Shown here piece after piece: positions 59,192-64,000 of a stretch of 64,000 nt of DNA. Below the pieces are notes generated by a model. It was not told the DNA's origin, did no database searches, and saw nothing but the letters and a program-made list of their open reading frames with translations. This stretch comes from an uncultured Trueperaceae bacterium. GTDB lineage: Bacteria > Deinococcota > Deinococci > Deinococcales > Trueperaceae. The DNA is taken from the NCBI GenBank assembly GCA_963727505.1, contig CAVSGP010000005.1, forward strand, positions 96,001 to 160,000, in the 5' to 3' direction. Numbering within the stretch: the first letter of the stretch is position 1; each line of letters starts with the position of its first letter. A program made the translations under genes and the position numbers.

Positions 59192-59256
59192 AGCATAGGG
59201 GAGGGGTTGGGGGGTGTCAACCGCAAGCTGGACAGTTGTCAAACTTCATGATGACA
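59192..59256 (-). promoter_or_regulatory. Promoter TTGACA-N17-TATGCT plus two tandem TGTCAA-N8-(TG/AT)GACA palindromes
   Basis: -35 at 59220-59215, -10 at 59197-59192, palindromes at 59215-59234 and 59237-59256. Confidence 0.6.
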
Positions 59257-59410
59257 GCCGTTTCGATATCGTCGTGGAGGGGATGTGGTGTGAGGATGAG
59301 GGGTGCATGGGCTTCATGCTCGTCTAACATCGAGCGCTGCAGGCATGGCGACGTTTTCGTCGCTTGCCCGCCGGACCACCCCGAAGGCGCTGTCGACACG
59401 CGCCACCCTG

Positions 59411-62167
59411 TCAGACCTCGGCGTCGCCGTCCTCGAGCAGCTCGACGTAGCCTTCGTCGCCGTGGACGCGCACCCGCTGGCCGGTGACGATGCGCGTCGT
59501 GGCGCCCTCCACACCGACGACGGCGGGCAGGCCGTACTCGCGCGCCACGACCGAACCGTGGGTCATGAGGCCGCCCACCTCCATCACCAGGCCGGCGGCC
59601 TGCGTGAACAGCGGTGTCCAGCCCGGGTCGGTAAAGGGTGCCACCAGGATCTCGCCCGGTTGCAGGGCGGCGTGGGCGGGGTCGAGCACCACGCGCGCGC
59701 GTCCCTCCACTACGCCTGGCGACACCGCGCTTCCCGCCAGGGCGCCCGGTGGCAGGTCGCCTGAGTGGTGCTTCAACGTGGGCACGAGCCCGTCGCTGGT
59801 CACGAGCCGCGGCGGGACCAGGCGGGCGTAGCGCTCCTGGTCGCGTTTGCGTTGCTCGACCGTGGATCGAAGGTCGCCGGCGGCTGGCGGGGGAGCATGG
59901 GCCGATGCCGAGCCCGGGCCCGGGGGATCCCCTGCCAGCGCGGCCTCGAGCTCCGGGAACGTCAGCCACCACACGTCGTCGGCGTGTTCCAGCCTGCCGG
60001 CCCGCACGAGCGAGGCCCCTGCCGCGAGCAGGATCGGGCGCACGCGTTCGAGGGTCTGCACCAGCAGGAACTTGGGGTGCTCACGTAGCCCTGGCAGGAT
60101 GCGCGCCGCACGCGCCAGGCGCGCCACCACCGGCCCACGCAGCCAGCCCCAGGGCCCGCGGCGGGAGGCGCGCGCCAGCCGGGTGACGGCCTCGTCCCCG
60201 GTCCGGGCGAGGGCGGCGTGATGCGCGCGGTGGCTGCCGCCCTGCTCGTGCAGGAGGTTCGCGCTCACCATGCCCAGCAAGGAGGCGGCATCGTCGCGCC
60301 AGCGCGGCCGGGCGATGTCGATCTCCGCGGGCCCGCGCATGCCGTAGTCGTCCAGGAAGGCGGCGAACGCCGAGCCGAAGGCGTCGCCGCCCGGGAGGCC
60401 GGCGGCGCGTTCGAGCCGCTCGTCGGCACTCGCATCCGAGCGGGTGAGCTCCGCCACCAGCTCGGGGTGGCCGCGGGCGGCGTCCGCCAGGTCGCCGACC
60501 CGCAGGTCCATCTCGGTGGTGACGTTGTGCGACAGGCCGCGCGCCACTGCCGCCACGTCCTCCGCGTGTCCGGCCGGCGCCCAGCGCTTCAGCAGGTGAT
60601 GACCCACGATGCCGCCGGCGATGAAGGGCGGCAGTTTCCAGGCACCCTCCATGAACACCGTGGTGAGCACGTGCCGCGCGGACCGCAGGCGATCGAGCCC
60701 CGCCGGAGCGGCCTCGAGCCGGGCATCGGCGCGCTCCAGGAAGGCCTCGACGCTCCGCCTGGCCGTCTTCGGCGCCGCGTCGAGCGGCCGCCACGTCAAC
60801 CACGCCAGTGCCCCGTACGCCACCGGCGCGAAGGTCCGGCGCATCGCGCCCCAACTCGTGCGCTCGCCATGCCGTTGGAACGACGGTTTCGAAGCGAGGA
60901 TGCGCAGGGCGTCGGGCGCGAGTGGGTCGGCGTTGGCCAATACCGTGGGGATGGCGCGCCGACCGAGCGGGTTGCGCAGCGTCGGTGACAGGTCGAGGTA
61001 CATGCGGTCGCCGGCGATCGCCAGGTAGGGGTTCTCCCCGTCGCCCGGCCTTCCGAAGGGCAGCATCAGCCGCCACAGCGACAGACCCATCGGCGACATC
61101 GGCTGGAGCAGGCCCTGGGCGTGGGCGAAGCTGAAGTAGAGGTGCAGGCCGCCATCGGTCGGGCGCGGTTCGGGCAGCGGGTAGAGCGAGGTGATGGGCC
61201 TGGCCTGCAAGGCGTAGAGCGCGCCGTCGGCGTAGGCCCACTCGACGTCCTGGGGCGTTCCGAAGTGCGACTCGATGCGCTCGCCGAGTTCCGCCAACTC
61301 CAGGACCCGGGCATCGTCGAGTGACGGGGCTCCGCTCTCCCCGTCCTGCAGGGCCCGCCGCTCGACCCCTCCCCCGGCCGCCGGCGCGATCTTGAGGCTC
61401 TTGTCGGCGACGTGGCGCTCCACGATCGTGTTGTCGCGGCGGTCGACGCGGAAGCGGTCGGCCGAGACGACGCCGGACACCAGCGCCTCGCCCAGCCCGA
61501 AGCCGGCGTCGATGACGGTGGTACGCCGGTCGCCGGAGGCCGGATCGGCGGTGAACAGGATGCCGGCGACATCGGCGTCGACCATCCGTTGCACGATCAC
61601 GGCCAGCGCGACCTCGCGGTGGTCGAAGCCGTTGCGCGCGCGATAGAGGATGGCCCGCTCGGTGAACAGCGATGCCCAGCAACGACGCACCGCGTCGAGC
61701 AGCGCGTCCTCTCCACGAACGTTGAGGTAGGTGTCCTGTTGGCCCGCGAACGACGCGCCCGGCAGGTCCTCGGCCGTGGCGCTCGAGCGCACGGCGTAGG
61801 CGTGCTCGGCGCCCGCGCGGCGCCAGGCAGCCGCGATCTCGCGCGCGAGATCGTCGGGCACCGGGGTGGCCTCCAGGGCGTTTCGCAGGCGCTCGCCCAC
61901 GGCGCGCGCGCCGCCGGCGTCGTTCGGTTCGAGCGCCGCCAGCTCGTCGAGCGCGGCGCCCGCCTCGGGAGCCTCGGTCAGGAACGCCCGGTACGCCTCG
62001 GTCGTGACGCAGAATCCCGGCGGGACCGGGAACCCGGCGCGCGTCAGCTCGCCCAGGTTGGCGCCCTTGCCGCCGGCGCGTGCCAGGTCGCCGGCGCCGA
62101 GGGCGCCGAGCTCGACCACGCGCGGCACACTGTTCCCGGGCGGGGTCGGCGTACCGTCGTAGGCCAT
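59411..62167 (-). CDS. PEP-synthase-related small-molecule phosphotransferase (rifampin phosphotransferase-like architecture)
   Basis: N-terminal ATP-grasp (GGKGANL, AVRSSATAED, SFAGQQDT, QARPIT); middle domain with GMRGPAEIDI; C-terminal His swivel TDPGWTPLF...GGLMTHGSVVAREYG. Confidence 0.88.
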   Translation of the reverse strand: MAYDGTPTPPGNSVPRVVELGALGAGDLARAGGKGANLGELTRAGFPVPPGFCVTTEAYRAFLTEAPEAGAALDELAALEPNDAGGARAVGERLRNALEATPVPDDLAREIAAAWRRAGAEHAYAVRSSATAEDLPGASFAGQQDTYLNVRGEDALLDAVRRCWASLFTERAILYRARNGFDHREVALAVIVQRMVDADVAGILFTADPASGDRRTTVIDAGFGLGEALVSGVVSADRFRVDRRDNTIVERHVADKSLKIAPAAGGGVERRALQDGESGAPSLDDARVLELAELGERIESHFGTPQDVEWAYADGALYALQARPITSLYPLPEPRPTDGGLHLYFSFAHAQGLLQPMSPMGLSLWRLMLPFGRPGDGENPYLAIAGDRMYLDLSPTLRNPLGRRAIPTVLANADPLAPDALRILASKPSFQRHGERTSWGAMRRTFAPVAYGALAWLTWRPLDAAPKTARRSVEAFLERADARLEAAPAGLDRLRSARHVLTTVFMEGAWKLPPFIAGGIVGHHLLKRWAPAGHAEDVAAVARGLSHNVTTEMDLRVGDLADAARGHPELVAELTRSDASADERLERAAGLPGGDAFGSAFAAFLDDYGMRGPAEIDIARPRWRDDAASLLGMVSANLLHEQGGSHRAHHAALARTGDEAVTRLARASRRGPWGWLRGPVVARLARAARILPGLREHPKFLLVQTLERVRPILLAAGASLVRAGRLEHADDVWWLTFPELEAALAGDPPGPGSASAHAPPPAAGDLRSTVEQRKRDQERYARLVPPRLVTSDGLVPTLKHHSGDLPPGALAGSAVSPGVVEGRARVVLDPAHAALQPGEILVAPFTDPGWTPLFTQAAGLVMEVGGLMTHGSVVAREYGLPAVVGVEGATTRIVTGQRVRVHGDEGYVELLEDGDAEV

Positions 62168-62168
62168 G

Positions 62169-62975
62169 CTAGGTCGCCGCCCCGTCGAGGAACAGGTGCA
62201 CGGCGAGGGCGGCCAGCGCGTCCGGTTCGTCCGCGGCCATGCCGTAGTGCTCGGGGCCGATCACGGCGAAGGCGAGCAGCGTTCCCACGAAGGCGAGCGC
62301 GAGCCGGCGCGGTGGGGTCGATAGCGTCAGTCGACCGCAGCCGGCCTCGCGCTCGAACAGCGTGGCGAGTCGGTCCAGGGTGCGGTCGGAGGAACCCTTG
62401 AGGACGCGCAACACGTCGAGCTCCTCGGCCGTGCCACCGAGGAGGATCCGCATCAGGTCGCGGTTGTCGGCGAAGACCGTGAGCGCCCCCCGTGCGATCG
62501 CGGTCAGGTCGGTGCGCAGGTCGCCGTCGGCGTGCTCGACGAGGTGGTGTACGCGAGCTCGCCCGGCCGTGGCCCGCATGAACGCCTCGAGCAGCTTCTC
62601 CCGCCCTCCGAAGTGCCGGTACACGGTGGCGACGCCCACCCCCGCCTCCTCGGCGACGCGCTCCATGGTGGCGGCGGCGACGCCACGCTCGGCCACCACT
62701 CGGCGGGCTGCGGCGAGGATGCGCGTTCGCGCGCTCTTCCGCTCCGGCGCCGGCACCTCACCCTTCGCGGCGAGCCGCTCCAGCACCGCCCGCTTGCTGC
62801 CCACGCGGCGGTAGAGCGTGGCCCGCGACAGGCCCGTGGAGCGCTCGAGCTGCTCCATGGTGAAGGCGTCGCCGTGCTCGCGGGCGAGCTCGGCGGCGGC
62901 GCGGAGGATGGTGTCGGTGCCGTGAACGCCGCTCGCCTGCTCGCGGGCCGGTACGGGCGCCGAGGTGGGTGACAT
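62169..62975 (-). CDS. TetR-family regulator with two tandem HTH domains
   Basis: TMEQLERSTGLSRATLYRRVGSK and TMERVAEEAGVGVATVYRHFGGRE. Confidence 0.88.
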   Translation of the reverse strand: MSPTSAPVPAREQASGVHGTDTILRAAAELAREHGDAFTMEQLERSTGLSRATLYRRVGSKRAVLERLAAKGEVPAPERKSARTRILAAARRVVAERGVAAATMERVAEEAGVGVATVYRHFGGREKLLEAFMRATAGRARVHHLVEHADGDLRTDLTAIARGALTVFADNRDLMRILLGGTAEELDVLRVLKGSSDRTLDRLATLFEREAGCGRLTLSTPPRRLALAFVGTLLAFAVIGPEHYGMAADEPDALAALAVHLFLDGAAT

Positions 62976-62979
62976 GAAC

Positions 62980-63011
62980 GATAGAGTAGTCTATCAAACT
63001 GTCTCGGTCAA
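62980..63011 (-). promoter_or_regulatory. Leaderless promoter TTGACC-N17-TACTCT-N7-ATG with operator GATAGA-N4-TCTATC over the -10
   Basis: -35 at 63011-63006, -10 at 62988-62983, inverted repeat at 62980-62995. Confidence 0.7.
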
Positions 63012-63179
63012 GGGCATGGCAGCGTCTGCCGCGCACGGAGGCAGCCCGCAGGCGTCGACGAAGCCCGGTCCCCGGCGCGCCCACCGACCACGCGGGCCAA
63101 TTGGCGTGAGATCGTGCCGGTCGAGTTCGGCGCCTATTCTCCGGTGGCTCCCGGGTCGCCGCACGCGTAGAGTGCGGCC

Positions 63180-64000
63180 ATGACCCAGAGCGTGCTGGAC
63201 TTGCCCGTCCCCGCCTTCCCGGGGCGCCAGGCGGCCGAGCTCCCCCCGCGCGACGCGATGCTGCGGGCCATGTTGGACCGCGACGCCTCCCTCGATGGCG
63301 TGTTCTTCGCGGCCGTGCGCACCACCGGTATCTTCTGCCGCCCCTCCTGCCCGGCCCGCAAACCCAAGCCCGAGAACGTCGAGTTCTTCGGCACCGCACG
63401 CGAAGCGCTCTCCAGCGGCTACCGCCCCTGTCAGCGCTGCCACCCGTTGGAGCCGGCAGGCGCGACGCCCGACGCAATCCAGCGTCTGCTCGAAGAACTG
63501 GAGGCCGACCCCGGCCGCCGGCTGCGCGACGGCGACCTGCGCCAGCGCGGGCTCGACCCCGGCTGGGTCCGGCGCTGGTTCAAGAAGCATCACGGCATGA
63601 CCTTCCACGCCTACCAGCGTGGCCGCCGGTTGGCCAAGGCCATCCGCGAGCTCGCCGACGGGGCGCCGGTCGTCCACGCCGCCTTCGACAACGGCTTCGA
63701 CTCGCTCAGCGGCTTCCAGGAGGCGCTCCGTGCCGTCACCGGCCGCACCGCCACGGCGAGCCGCGACGCGCAGCTCGTGCACGTCTCGCGGGTAGCGACG
63801 CCTCTCGGCCCCATGCTGCTCGGCACCACCGACGACGCCGTGTGCCTGCTCGAGTTCGCCGACCGTCCGATGCTGGAGACGCAGCTCAAGCGTCTCGCGA
63901 AGCGGCTCGACGGCGCCTTCGTGCCGGGCCCGAACGACGTGGGGCGGGAGCTCGAGCGGGAGCTCGAGGCGTACTTCCTAGGCGAGCTGCGCGCCTTCGA
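63180..64000 (+). CDS. ada: Ada-type regulator / O6-methylguanine-DNA methyltransferase; 5' part only, runs off the window edge
   Basis: Not in the ORF track. Manual translation gives RDASLDGVFFAAVRTTGIFCRPSCPARKP...GYRPCQRCHP, an AraC-like HTH and TPLGPM; leaderless TAGAGT-N6-ATG. Confidence 0.92.
   Translation, partial: MTQSVLDLPVPAFPGRQAAELPPRDAMLRAMLDRDASLDGVFFAAVRTTGIFCRPSCPARKPKPENVEFFGTAREALSSGYRPCQRCHPLEPAGATPDAIQRLLEELEADPGRRLRDGDLRQRGLDPGWVRRWFKKHHGMTFHAYQRGRRLAKAIRELADGAPVVHAAFDNGFDSLSGFQEALRAVTGRTATASRDAQLVHVSRVATPLGPMLLGTTDDAVCLLEFADRPMLETQLKRLAKRLDGAFVPGPNDVGRELERELEAYFLGELRAF

Noticed and set aside
59411..62167. Housekeeping PEP synthase (ppsA)
   Set aside because: The His domain is C-terminal and the PEP/pyruvate-binding barrel is absent.

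Overview
High-GC bacterial chromosomal window with about 57 protein-coding genes. I found no rRNA, tRNA, CRISPR array or intact mobile element. Several genes have a TANNNT -10 box 5-8 nt before the start codon with no Shine-Dalgarno (SD) sequence. This leaderless pattern suggests Deinococcota (Truepera-like) or Actinomycetota, which is an inference. Left part (1-24.5 kb): partial SbcD/Mre11-type exonuclease, AttH/CrtC-like lipoprotein, MFS transporter, P3A-type H+-ATPase, atypical LuxR response regulator, fdhD plus FdhF/YdeP oxidoreductase, a membrane ferredoxin resembling the C-terminal half of HgcAB-like fusions, ZU5-like lipoprotein, four-subunit 2-oxoacid:ferredoxin oxidoreductase, rhomboid-like plus MprF/DUF2156 pair, DUF432-like/MscS/dienelactone hydrolase, ABC exporter, XRE regulator, DUF1697 and a deoxyhypusine synthase-like gene. 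Middle (24.5-45 kb): a 15-gene peptide-ABC catabolic cluster, thiolase, beta-propeller lipoprotein and alpha/beta hydrolase. Right part (45-64 kb): sugar ABC-SIS-PfkB operon, LacI-controlled polar amino acid ABC operon, GH99-Ig-metallophosphoesterase lipoprotein, an orphan ORF with a consensus promoter, a rifampin-phosphotransferase-like enzyme with a double-HTH TetR, and partial Ada. The best novelty candidates are the GH99-phosphoesterase fusion, the HgcAB-like fragment, the orphan peptide catabolic operon and the rhomboid/aminoacyl-lipid synthase pair. All family calls come from recognising motifs by eye, and no database searches were run.
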